Assembly (NCBI GenBank): GCA_964565905.1
Contig: CAZMGU010000001.1
Location: 5,889-69,888, forward strand
From: an uncultured Halobacteriales archaeon
GTDB lineage: Archaea; Halobacteriota; Halobacteria; Halobacteriales; Haloarculaceae
Length of the DNA stretch: 64,000 nt
Direction: 5' to 3'
In this document: piece by piece, positions 43,426-51,907 of the stretch
Numbering within the stretch: the stretch's first letter is position 1
How the letters are laid out: the number at the start of each line of letters is the position of its first letter
Program-made: the position numbers and the translations under genes
Notes under the pieces: model-generated
What the model was told of the DNA's origin: nothing
Databases searched by the model: none
What the model saw: only the letters and a program-made list of their open reading frames with translations

Positions 43426-44877
43426 CTAGTGGTTCAGGTAGACCGTCTTGGTCTGGGTGAAGAAGTCGATGGCGGCGTCGCCCTGCTCGCGGAACGTGTT
43501 CGTCGACGAGCGCTTCATGCCGCCGAAGGGCACGTGCAGTTCGAGACCGGTCGTCTTCTCGTTGACCTTCGCGACGCCGCTCTCGATGCGGTCGACGAAC
43601 TCGTGGGCCTCGTTCAGGTCCTCGGTGACGACGCTGGCCGAGAGGCCGTAGTCGCTGTCGTTGGCCGTCTCGATGGCCTCGTCGAAGTCCTCGACTTCGG
43701 TGACGGCGAGGACGGGGCCGAACACCTCCTCCTGGAAGATGCGCATGTCGCGCGTGACGTCGGAGAAGACGGCGGGTTCGACGAAGTAGCCGTCCGAGAG
43801 GTCGCCCTCGTCGACGCGGTTACCGCCGAACTCGTGGGTCGCGCCCTCGGTCTTGGCGACGTCGACGTACTCGAGCGTGGAGTCGAACTCCTCCTCGCTG
43901 ACGTGGGGCGCCATGCCGGGGTCGTCGAGGCCGGGGCCGATGTCGAGGTTCTCGGCGTAGTCGACGATACCCTCGACGAACTCGTCGTACACGTCCGTGT
44001 GGACGATGGCGCGCGAGGCCGCGGTACAGGCCTGGCCGGTGACGCCGAAGGCGCCGACGCCGACGATGTCGACGGCCTCGTCGACGTCCGCGCTGTCGGT
44101 GACGATGGTCGGGTTCTTGCCGCCCATCTCCGCCTGGGCGCGCTTGGTGTCGTCCGTGGCCGCGTCGTAGACGTGGTGGCCGACCTGCGAGCTACCGGTG
44201 AAGGAGACGGCGTCGACGTCCTCGTGCTCGGTGAACGTCGAACCGACGCTGCTCCCGGAGCCGACGACGACGTTGGCGACGCCGTCGGGGATGCCGGCCT
44301 CGTCCAGCGCCTTGAACAGTTCGACCGCGGTGCCGGGGGCCTGGGTCGCGGGCTTGAGGACGACCGTGTTACCGGTCGCCAGCGCGGGCGCGAGTTTCCA
44401 GGCCGGGATGGCGATGGGGTAGTTCCACGGCGTGATGAGACCCGCGACGCCGAGGGGCTCCTTGCGGGTCGAGACGTTGGTGCGGCCGCCGCTTGCGCCC
44501 TTGACAGTGCCGCCGAAGTCCATGGCCTTCTCCGCGTAGTAGTAGAAGATGTCGATGGTCCGCTGGACCTCACCGGCCGCCGAGGAGAGGGGCTTGCCCT
44601 CCTCGCGGGTCAGCAGTTCCGCGAGTTCCTCCTTGCGGTCCTCGATGATCGAACCGGCCTCGCGGAGGATCGCGCCGCGGTCGGGCGCGGGCGTGTCCGC
44701 CCAGTCGTCGCTGGCCGCCTTCGCGGCGGCGACGGCGTCTTCCGCGTCCGCTTCGGAGCCGTAGTGATACGTGTTGACTACTTCCGTCGTGTCGGCGGGG
44801 TTGTGGACGTCCACGGTGTCGCCGGACTCGGAGGCGACCCACTCCCCGTCGATGTAGTTGCGCTTTGGCTCTGCCAT
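43426..44877 (-). CDS. xacF: Alpha-ketoglutarate semialdehyde dehydrogenase (ALDH)
   Basis: ITPWNYP, SFTGS, EMGGKNP, GQACTA, EEVFGPV, PFGGMK; divergent from IclR in the xylose cluster. Confidence 0.85.
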   Translation of the reverse strand: MAEPKRNYIDGEWVASESGDTVDVHNPADTTEVVNTYHYGSEADAEDAVAAAKAASDDWADTPAPDRGAILREAGSIIEDRKEELAELLTREEGKPLSSAAGEVQRTIDIFYYYAEKAMDFGGTVKGASGGRTNVSTRKEPLGVAGLITPWNYPIAIPAWKLAPALATGNTVVLKPATQAPGTAVELFKALDEAGIPDGVANVVVGSGSSVGSTFTEHEDVDAVSFTGSSQVGHHVYDAATDDTKRAQAEMGGKNPTIVTDSADVDEAVDIVGVGAFGVTGQACTAASRAIVHTDVYDEFVEGIVDYAENLDIGPGLDDPGMAPHVSEEEFDSTLEYVDVAKTEGATHEFGGNRVDEGDLSDGYFVEPAVFSDVTRDMRIFQEEVFGPVLAVTEVEDFDEAIETANDSDYGLSASVVTEDLNEAHEFVDRIESGVAKVNEKTTGLELHVPFGGMKRSSTNTFREQGDAAIDFFTQTKTVYLNH

Positions 44878-45027
44878 ACACCTGTACGATCGACGCCGGG
44901 TTACTTACTACTTCCCTTCCGGAAGAGGAACCGCCGAGAACCGGTTCTCCACACCCCCTGCCACCGGACTGGTGATCCGGGAGATCTGCCCGTCTGCGAC
45001 GACGGGACGGGCCGCGATCCGGATGAC

Positions 45028-45044
45028 GTTCGATTATACTGAAC
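45028..45044. promoter_or_regulatory. Semi-palindrome, probable IclR (XacR) operator
   Basis: GTTC-GATTATACT-GAAC immediately upstream of TTTTTGTA and 33 nt from ATG 45077. Confidence 0.6.
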
Positions 45045-45076
45045 AGATTTTTGTACGATGGGGGTGGAGTCCCGGT

Positions 45077-45838
45077 ATGAGCCCGTCCGCAGCGAATCCG
45101 GTGAAGTCGGTCGAGGTGATGTTCACCATCGTCGAAGCGCTCCAGGAACTGGACGGCGCGGGAGTGACGACGCTGTCGGACCACCTCGACCTGCCCAAGA
45201 GCACGATACACAACTACCTCGCGACGCTGGAACAGGAGGAGTACGTCGTGAAGGACGGGACGACGTACCGCGTCGGACTGCGATTCCTCGACCTGGGTGC
45301 GTACGCGCGCGACCAGGTGGAGATGTTCGAGGTGGCCAAGCCGGAACTCGAACACCTCGCCGGCGAGACGGGCGAACTGGCAAACCTCCTCGTCGAGGAA
45401 CACGGGAAGGGGTCGTACCTCTACCGCACCCGCGGGGAGATGGCCGTCCAGGTTAGGGGCCACGTCGGGACGCGCGCGCCGCTCCACGCGACCGGACTCG
45501 GCAAGGCCATCCTCGCCCACATGGACGAGGACCGGGTCCGCGCCATCGTCGACCACCACGGCCTGCCGGCGTCGACGGAGAACACCGTCACCGACGAGGC
45601 GGCACTGTTCGCGGAACTGGACCGGATACGCGACAGGGGGTTCGCGTTCGACGACGAGGAGCGGTTGCACGGCCTCCGCTGCGTCGCGGCACCGATACTG
45701 GCCGACGACGAAGTCGTCGGGGCGATAAGCGTCTCCGGGCCGACGAACCGCCTCCGCGACGAGCGGTTCAGGGAAGAACTCCCGCAGCAACTCCTCGAGG
45801 TCCAGAACGTCATCGAACTGAACGTCACCTACTCGTAG
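45077..45838 (+). CDS. xacR: IclR-family regulator, XacR-like
   Basis: LPKSTIHNYLATL HTH, HATGLGKAILA, DDEERLHGLRCVAAP; start MSPSAANPVKS. Confidence 0.8.
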   Translation: MSPSAANPVKSVEVMFTIVEALQELDGAGVTTLSDHLDLPKSTIHNYLATLEQEEYVVKDGTTYRVGLRFLDLGAYARDQVEMFEVAKPELEHLAGETGELANLLVEEHGKGSYLYRTRGEMAVQVRGHVGTRAPLHATGLGKAILAHMDEDRVRAIVDHHGLPASTENTVTDEAALFAELDRIRDRGFAFDDEERLHGLRCVAAPILADDEVVGAISVSGPTNRLRDERFREELPQQLLEVQNVIELNVTYS

Positions 45839-46042
45839 GCGACCACCTGTCGTTCAGGATGGGTGAACCGACGGCGACGGTTGCGGGACGCGTTCGTTCG
45901 GGGGTGCCGCCTCGCCCGCGACGCGCCGTCTTGCAAGTGCCGGGCCAACTTTCCCGTGCGTCGAGGACCAATCGACGGCCGGGAACGACCCGTCCACGAC
46001 GGCGTCGCCGTCCGACGACTGGCGACGTCGTCCCATCCGACC

Positions 46043-47107
46043 ATGACTCACCACACACACCACGACGACGAACAGGGAACGGACCGGCAGGACCGGCGGG
46101 AGCACGAGCAGCATTGGAATCGGGGGCAGAACCAGAACCGTCAGGGGGACGTGGCCGAGCAGGTACTCCCCGACCGGTCGGAACTGAACCAGTTGCGCCA
46201 CGGGTCGAATCAGGGAGGACAGCGGACGCAGCGAGCGGGGTCGGGACGGGGGCAGACCGGGCGGCAGGGTCAGCAGCGGACCGACCGACAGGGTCAGCAG
46301 ACCGGCCAGCAGTGGACAGGCCAGCAGGGTCAGCGGGCCGGTCAGCAAAGCGCCGGCCACCAAAGCCAGCAGGGCCGGACGGACCAGCCGACCGGCCAGC
46401 AGACGGGACAGCACGTCGGACGCCGGCAGGGCGGTGAGCAACAGTTCCGCGGCCAGCAGCGACGGCCCCAGGACCAGGTCGACCAGGGGCTGGAGTACGG
46501 CGGGGCCGGACGCCACGACCAGTCGCAGTCGGGGTCCCACGACCACGCCGGCACGCGGCAGACGTTCGGCGAGGCGAACCCGAACCAGGGGGGCGGCCAG
46601 CTAGACCAGGCACAGCGCTCGCCACAGAACCGGAACTACCCGCAGAAGGCGTTCCCGCAGGTCGGCGGGAACCAGGGGAGGGGACAGGGACGACAGTCCG
46701 GGCCCCGGCAGGGGCAATCGCGTCAGCAGGGCGGGCAACGTCAGCGCCAAAACCGGTTCCTCCACCAGGAGTACCAGCAGCGCGGCCGGGAACGTGGCCA
46801 GAGCGAGCGACAGCCCCGCGGTGCCACCCAGCAGCACCAGGGTAGCACCGGTGGATACCAGCAGATTCCGCAGCACCAGCAGCGGAACCCGCAGCAACAC
46901 CAGCACCGTCAACGACAGGGGAACCAACGGCAAGGGAGTCCACAGCAGCAGGGGAGTCCACAGCAGCAGGGGAGTCCACAGCAGCAGGGAAGCCCACAGG
47001 ATCAGGGGACTCGACGGCAGCACCGGGGCAACCACCAGCGAACCGGCTACCAGGAGAGCGACCGGCCACGGACCGAGGAACAGCGAAACCTGCCGCGGCA
47101 GGAGTAG
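46043..47107 (+). CDS. Gln/Gly/Arg-rich low-complexity protein, predicted disordered (354 aa)
   Basis: Uninterrupted frame from ATG 46043 filling the gap between xacR and the next gene; about 96 Gln by hand count; His-rich N-terminus. Confidence 0.65.
   Translation: MTHHTHHDDEQGTDRQDRREHEQHWNRGQNQNRQGDVAEQVLPDRSELNQLRHGSNQGGQRTQRAGSGRGQTGRQGQQRTDRQGQQTGQQWTGQQGQRAGQQSAGHQSQQGRTDQPTGQQTGQHVGRRQGGEQQFRGQQRRPQDQVDQGLEYGGAGRHDQSQSGSHDHAGTRQTFGEANPNQGGGQLDQAQRSPQNRNYPQKAFPQVGGNQGRGQGRQSGPRQGQSRQQGGQRQRQNRFLHQEYQQRGRERGQSERQPRGATQQHQGSTGGYQQIPQHQQRNPQQHQHRQRQGNQRQGSPQQQGSPQQQGSPQQQGSPQDQGTRRQHRGNHQRTGYQESDRPRTEEQRNLPRQE
46934..46999 (+). repeat. 18-bp tandem repeat (GSPQQQ) x~3.7
   Basis: GGGAGTCCACAGCAGCAG at 46934, 46952, 46970 plus a degenerate unit at 46988. 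Confidence 0.9.
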
Positions 47108-47180
47108 CGGACGCTTCGTCGCGGACCAGTGACCCGGAGCGGATCCGTACCGACCGTCCACCTTCGCGAACGCTCTTTCG

Positions 47181-47474
47181 CTACTGCGGCCCGACGTCCT
47201 CGACGTCTTCGAGGTACGACCGGGCCCGCTCGGTCAGTTCCGCCGGCAGGTCGTCGCGCTCGGCCAGCGACTCCATCGTCGCCTCGCACTGGGGACCGGC
47301 GAGCGCCTGGAGCGCCAGTTCGCGGAGGTCGTCCTCGACGCCGTCGTCCTCGACGATGGCGGCCAGGCTGTCGCACTCGTTGGCCGCCTCGAGGGCGTCG
47401 ATGGCCGACTCGCGCGCCTCTCGCCCGGCGGTCTCGTCCATCGCCGTCTCGAAGCTCTCGGTTGGTGTTGACAC
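47181..47474 (-). CDS. Small acidic helical (HEAT-like) hypothetical protein
   Basis: 97 aa; ARESAIDAL / LRELALQAL helical repeats; halophilic composition. Confidence 0.7.
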   Translation of the reverse strand: MSTPTESFETAMDETAGREARESAIDALEAANECDSLAAIVEDDGVEDDLRELALQALAGPQCEATMESLAERDDLPAELTERARSYLEDVEDVGPQ

Positions 47475-47610
47475 GTCGACGGCTACGGACGGGACGACAA
47501 AAGCGTTTGATCCCGGCTACTCACGAACTACCGATCGACTGGGTTCGCCGGTCGCCCGTTCGGGTCGAGCGGAACGGGCCGTTACGGGGCGGAGACGGTA
47601 GTCGAGTCGC

Positions 47611-50600
47611 TCAGATCGGATCGGTCTCGAAGAGGCGTCGACAGAGTTTCCGCTGGGCGGTCCGGAGGTGCGCGTTGAACGTCGGCTGCGAGATGTCCAT
47701 CGCGTCGGCGATCTCGCCGCCGGTGCGGGGCCGCGGCCGCTCGAAGAACCCGCTGAAGTAGGCGGTCTGGATCGCCTCTAGCTGGCGCGGCGTCAGTTCG
47801 TCGGTGACCGCGGCGTAGAACTCCGCGGCGGTCCGGTAGTCGCGCTCGTCGCTGTGCTGAGCGACGAGTTCGGACCCCGGGTAGCGCGTCCGGAACATCT
47901 CCACGAACTCCCTGACGTCGGCGTCGGCGGCGAGTTCTATCTCCACGGTCGCGGAACCGCCCGTCGCGCGGGCGTCGCGCAGTCGAGCGCCGTGTTCGAC
48001 AACGGTCCCCGCGAGGCTCTCCTCGTGCAGGGTCGCCTCGAAGTGGCAAGTGCTCTCGCCGTCCTCGTCGCGCTCCGCGACGAGACGTAGCTCCGCCAGG
48101 GGGAGCGACGGTTCGAGTTCGAGCACGTCGGCCGCGGGGACGCCGCGGGTCGTGAAGTACCCGCGCAGTCGTCCGTCCGACCGGGGGACGACCGTGTCGA
48201 CGGCCAGCGTCGCGCCCGTCTCCCTGGCGACCCTGACGAGCGGTATCGACTCGTCGGTGGCGCTGAACTCCAGGACGGTCGTCTCCTCGCTGACGAGCGC
48301 GCGCTTGCTCTCGACGGCGTTCATCGCGTAGGCGATGGTCTCGCTGAGTTCCGTCAGCACCGACCGCTCCAGTTCGTCGAACACCCCCGGCTGGCCGGCG
48401 TATATCGTGAGGACGCCGTAACACCGGTCCTGGTAGACGAGCGGGAGCGCCACCGACGCGTGGTAGCCGCGGTTCAGCGCCGCCCGCCGCCAGGCGGACT
48501 CCCCGTCGCCGAGGACGTCGTTGGCGACCTGTGGCTCGCGCGTCTTGACGGCGCGAAGCGCCGGGCGCTCGAACTCCGCCCCGTCGCCCGAACCCGCGGC
48601 GAGTCCGTCGAGGAACCCGTCGTCGTCCCCGGCGGACTCCCGCGCCGTCACCTCGCCGGTGTGCGGGTCGTGGGTCCCGACCCAGGCGAGTTCGTACGGG
48701 CCGGCGGCCGCCAGTTGCTCGCAGACGACCGCCTCCACGTCGGCGCGGGTCGAGGCCTGGACGAGCGCCTGGTCGATGCTCCGGATGATGTCGTTGACCC
48801 GGTCGAGGCGTTCGAGCGTCTCGTTTTGCTCTTCGAGGGTCCGTTCGCGCTTCTGGAGCTGTCGCTCCCGGTCGGCGCGGACGGTCGCCGTCTCGACGGT
48901 GGCCGCCGTTGTCTCGACGAAGTCGCGCTCGGCGGGGCAGAAGCCACCCTCGTCGGTCGTCGCCGTGATCCACAGCCCGTGGGTCCCCAGGGGCACCGCC
49001 ATCGCCTCGGTCAGGTGCTCGCCGGCGTCCGGGAGGTCGGCCACGCCGTCGACGACGCGGACTTCGTTCTCGACGAACGTCTCCCAGAACGGCCCGTCGT
49101 CGCACAGCGCCTCGAGGGGCAGGTTCTCGGCGGCGCGGTCAGTCAGTGCCGTCGGGGTCAGAGTGCCGACGTCGCGGTCGAACGAGACGACGGCGGTGGT
49201 CGGCAGCCGGAGGTTCGACGCGGCGTGTTCGACGGCCGTCTCGGCGATGCGCTCCTTGGTCTCGCCCCGCATCACGTCCCTCGCCATCTCGTTGAGCGCG
49301 GCGAGTTGCGCCTCGCCGTGTTCCCGCTCGACCTCGTAGCCGATCCAGTGGCTCATCAGTTCGAGGAACGTCCGTTCGTCGTCGGAGACGGGCCGGGAAC
49401 GCGGTCGCCCGTCCCCGAAACACAGCGTCCCGTAGGGCTCGCCGCCGACGGTGACGACGGTGCCGACGTAGCTCTCGTACTCCCAGACCTCGTAGGCCTC
49501 GTCGTCCTCCCACCCCTCCTCGGTGGCGTGTTCGACGGTCAGCGGGCCGTCCCGGTCGAACAGCCGCCGACAGTACGTCTCCGAGAGGGGGGTATCGTTC
49601 CCGTCCTCGAACCGTTCGTGGTCGCCGACGGTGACGACCGACTCGAAGCTGTCGCCCGCTATCCGCGAGAAGGCACCACACTCCAGTCCGAACCGCTCGC
49701 GCCCGAGGTCGAGCAGTCGCTCGACCTTCGTCTCGAAGGACTGCTCCGTGTCGGCCGCCGTCTCGTACAGGTCGTTGAGCGACCGCTCGCGCTGTCGCCG
49801 GTCGAGTTCGTGTCCCACCCACTGGCTCAACTGCCGGTGGAACGTGCGCTCCTCGTCCGAGAACCCGTCCCGGCGGGGTTTGGTGGAGACGAAGAACACC
49901 GTCCGGTCGTGGTCGCCCTCCACCTCGACGTGCATCCCGAGGTACGCCTCCAGCCCGAACTCCCGCCGGACGGTCACCTCGGCGTGGTCGTCCCCGGTCG
50001 CGTCGGTGACGGTCGCGGGTCCGTCGCTCCCAGTCGCGGCGGTACAGTACGTCTCGGAGAGCGGGAGTTCGAGTCCCGGGACGAACCCCTCGCGTTCGCC
50101 GACGACGTGCTCGAGGACGAACCGGTCCGCGCCGGGGTCGACGTGCGCCATCCCCCCGAGTTCCACGTCGAACCGCTCACAGCCGAGGCGGAGCAGCGAC
50201 CCGAGTTTCTCCTCGAACGACCGGTCCGGGTCCGCGGTTATCTCGGTCTGCCGGTGGAGGTACCCCTCTCGCTCGTGGAGCGACGCCTTCGCCTCCGTCC
50301 GCTCGACGAGCGTCCGCATCATGCGGTCCAGCTCGCGGTCGGGCTGGTCAGGCCCGAAGAACTCCTCGGGCGGCGTGTAGTAGAAGTTGTGACAGACGGT
50401 GTTGTCGTAGACGAGGTGGGGGTGCGTCTCGATGACGGTGCCGAGCACCTCCGGCGGGAACCGTCGCCGGTCGTACTGGCAGAGCGCGATGCAGTCCTCG
50501 CCGTCGAAGAGGTCGTTGACCTTCGACTCGTAGGCCATGAAGTCGGCTATCGACGTCGACTCCTCGAGCAACCACCCGACGGACGCGGCGATGCGGAGCG

Positions 50601-51033
50601 CCTCGTACTCCCGCGTGGCCTCGTCGATGACGCCCTCGTAGAACTCTATCATCTCGTCGCCGTCGAACGACCCGCCCCGCAGGTACGTCTCCTCGAGCGT
50701 GTGGAAGGTCAGCGCGCCCGACTCGAGCGCCTCGTCCACGTCGACGTCGGCGTCCGCCCGTCGCAACCCCTCGAGCACCGCCGCCTTGCTCTCCTCTTCG
50801 AGGAGGCACATGCACCGCTCGCCACGTCGTAACCCCTGGACGAGATAGGGAACCGTGGCCGCGACCTGTTCGTCCCGGTCCTCGTAGATGAGCGCCATGT
50901 GCTCGTTCGACTCGTGGCCGTCGAGCGACTCGACGGGGCCGCGGAACGACGGACTCGACCGGAGCGCGTCGAGGCCGCTGTCGAGCGTGAGGACGTCGTC
51001 CGTCCCGCGTGTGACGCGTTCGGCACGGCTCAT
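47611..51033 (-). CDS. MEDS + multi-GAF one-component regulator with bacterio-opsin-activator-type C-terminal HTH
   Basis: MEDS (HMALIYED, GERCMC, YESKVN, LCQYD, THP), GAF units (LSETYC twice, GTLCF), C-terminal LTPRQLEAIQTAYFSGFFERPR...ISQPTFNAHLR; probable start MSRAERV at 51033. Confidence 0.88.
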   Translation of the reverse strand: MSRAERVTRGTDDVLTLDSGLDALRSSPSFRGPVESLDGHESNEHMALIYEDRDEQVAATVPYLVQGLRRGERCMCLLEEESKAAVLEGLRRADADVDVDEALESGALTFHTLEETYLRGGSFDGDEMIEFYEGVIDEATREYEALRIAASVGWLLEESTSIADFMAYESKVNDLFDGEDCIALCQYDRRRFPPEVLGTVIETHPHLVYDNTVCHNFYYTPPEEFFGPDQPDRELDRMMRTLVERTEAKASLHEREGYLHRQTEITADPDRSFEEKLGSLLRLGCERFDVELGGMAHVDPGADRFVLEHVVGEREGFVPGLELPLSETYCTAATGSDGPATVTDATGDDHAEVTVRREFGLEAYLGMHVEVEGDHDRTVFFVSTKPRRDGFSDEERTFHRQLSQWVGHELDRRQRERSLNDLYETAADTEQSFETKVERLLDLGRERFGLECGAFSRIAGDSFESVVTVGDHERFEDGNDTPLSETYCRRLFDRDGPLTVEHATEEGWEDDEAYEVWEYESYVGTVVTVGGEPYGTLCFGDGRPRSRPVSDDERTFLELMSHWIGYEVEREHGEAQLAALNEMARDVMRGETKERIAETAVEHAASNLRLPTTAVVSFDRDVGTLTPTALTDRAAENLPLEALCDDGPFWETFVENEVRVVDGVADLPDAGEHLTEAMAVPLGTHGLWITATTDEGGFCPAERDFVETTAATVETATVRADRERQLQKRERTLEEQNETLERLDRVNDIIRSIDQALVQASTRADVEAVVCEQLAAAGPYELAWVGTHDPHTGEVTARESAGDDDGFLDGLAAGSGDGAEFERPALRAVKTREPQVANDVLGDGESAWRRAALNRGYHASVALPLVYQDRCYGVLTIYAGQPGVFDELERSVLTELSETIAYAMNAVESKRALVSEETTVLEFSATDESIPLVRVARETGATLAVDTVVPRSDGRLRGYFTTRGVPAADVLELEPSLPLAELRLVAERDEDGESTCHFEATLHEESLAGTVVEHGARLRDARATGGSATVEIELAADADVREFVEMFRTRYPGSELVAQHSDERDYRTAAEFYAAVTDELTPRQLEAIQTAYFSGFFERPRPRTGGEIADAMDISQPTFNAHLRTAQRKLCRRLFETDPI

Positions 51034-51419
51034 GATCCCCTCCCCCGTGGCGACGGGTTCGACGACTCCGCGTGGACGCGGTCCCACCGGTGGCGGTCGA
51101 GTACTGTCCCCACGAGACGACGCTCGGATCCGCGCTGTGTGCCTGTTTCGGACATGGTTGGTTCGGTCGACCCTGGGGCCCTGTTCCACTGCGGAACTCC
51201 CCGCCGTCCCGGGGTCGTAACTAGGCTACCGAACGACAGTGGGGGAGAAAAGAATTGTGGGTCAAGAATCAGGTCTGCAGATTGACACCACTTCGACGCC
51301 GGGTTCTTTCCACGTGCAGGCGAGTGCCGACCGGGTACGCTCACCGGTGCGTTCCGGTCGGTTCCGGCGGGCGTGCCGACCGGACCGCACGCCGGAAGAC
51401 GGCGGTGTCGTGCGGTCCG

Positions 51420-51725
51420 TTACTGTTCGGCGGCGCTCGCGCCCGACCCGTCACCGACGCCGACGGTCCGCGTGGAACGCTCGTCGACCGGCGTCCCGTC
51501 GACCGTGACGCCGTCGGCGCTGTCTATCACCACGTCGTGACCTGTATACGTGAACGCGACCGTCCCGTCCACGCCGGGTTCGAACAGCGCGTCGAGCGCC
51601 TCCGGGTCGACCGTATTGTACAGCGGTGGCAGGTCCGTCGGACCGACCCCCTCCGCGCTGGCGACGGCGCGAACGACCTGTTCGTGTGCGGGACTGCTCT
51701 CGGTGGCGTCCGAGTGAAGACTCAT
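51420..51725 (-). CDS. HalOD1 output-domain protein
   Basis: VVRAVASAEGVGPTDLPPLYNTVDPEALDALF...VAFTYTGHDVVI consensus. Confidence 0.88.
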   Translation of the reverse strand: MSLHSDATESSPAHEQVVRAVASAEGVGPTDLPPLYNTVDPEALDALFEPGVDGTVAFTYTGHDVVIDSADGVTVDGTPVDERSTRTVGVGDGSGASAAEQ

Positions 51726-51907
51726 CGACTAGCCGAACGTTCCGTTCCGGCATACGTCTACTCGCGGTATCGATAGGGCGCCCGCGGACGGGTGGCTATC
51801 CTGATAGGGGGTCGCTGCCCGGCGGTCGAAGCGGCTCACTGCAGCGGGTTTCGAGCGCCGTCGCCCCCGCCCGTCGCGGGAGGCAGGTCGGCCGCGTGCC
51901 GCCGCGC

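Noticed and set aside
46934-46999. Short tandem repeats as a possible CRISPR array
   Set aside because: Contiguous 18-bp in-frame units without spacers; no cas genes.
45854-47161. Hydrophobic Leu-rich minus-strand ORFs (45854-46546, 46601-47161) resembling membrane proteins
   Set aside because: They mirror the CAG (Gln) codons of the plus-strand ORF and are interrupted by a stop, whereas the plus frame is continuous.
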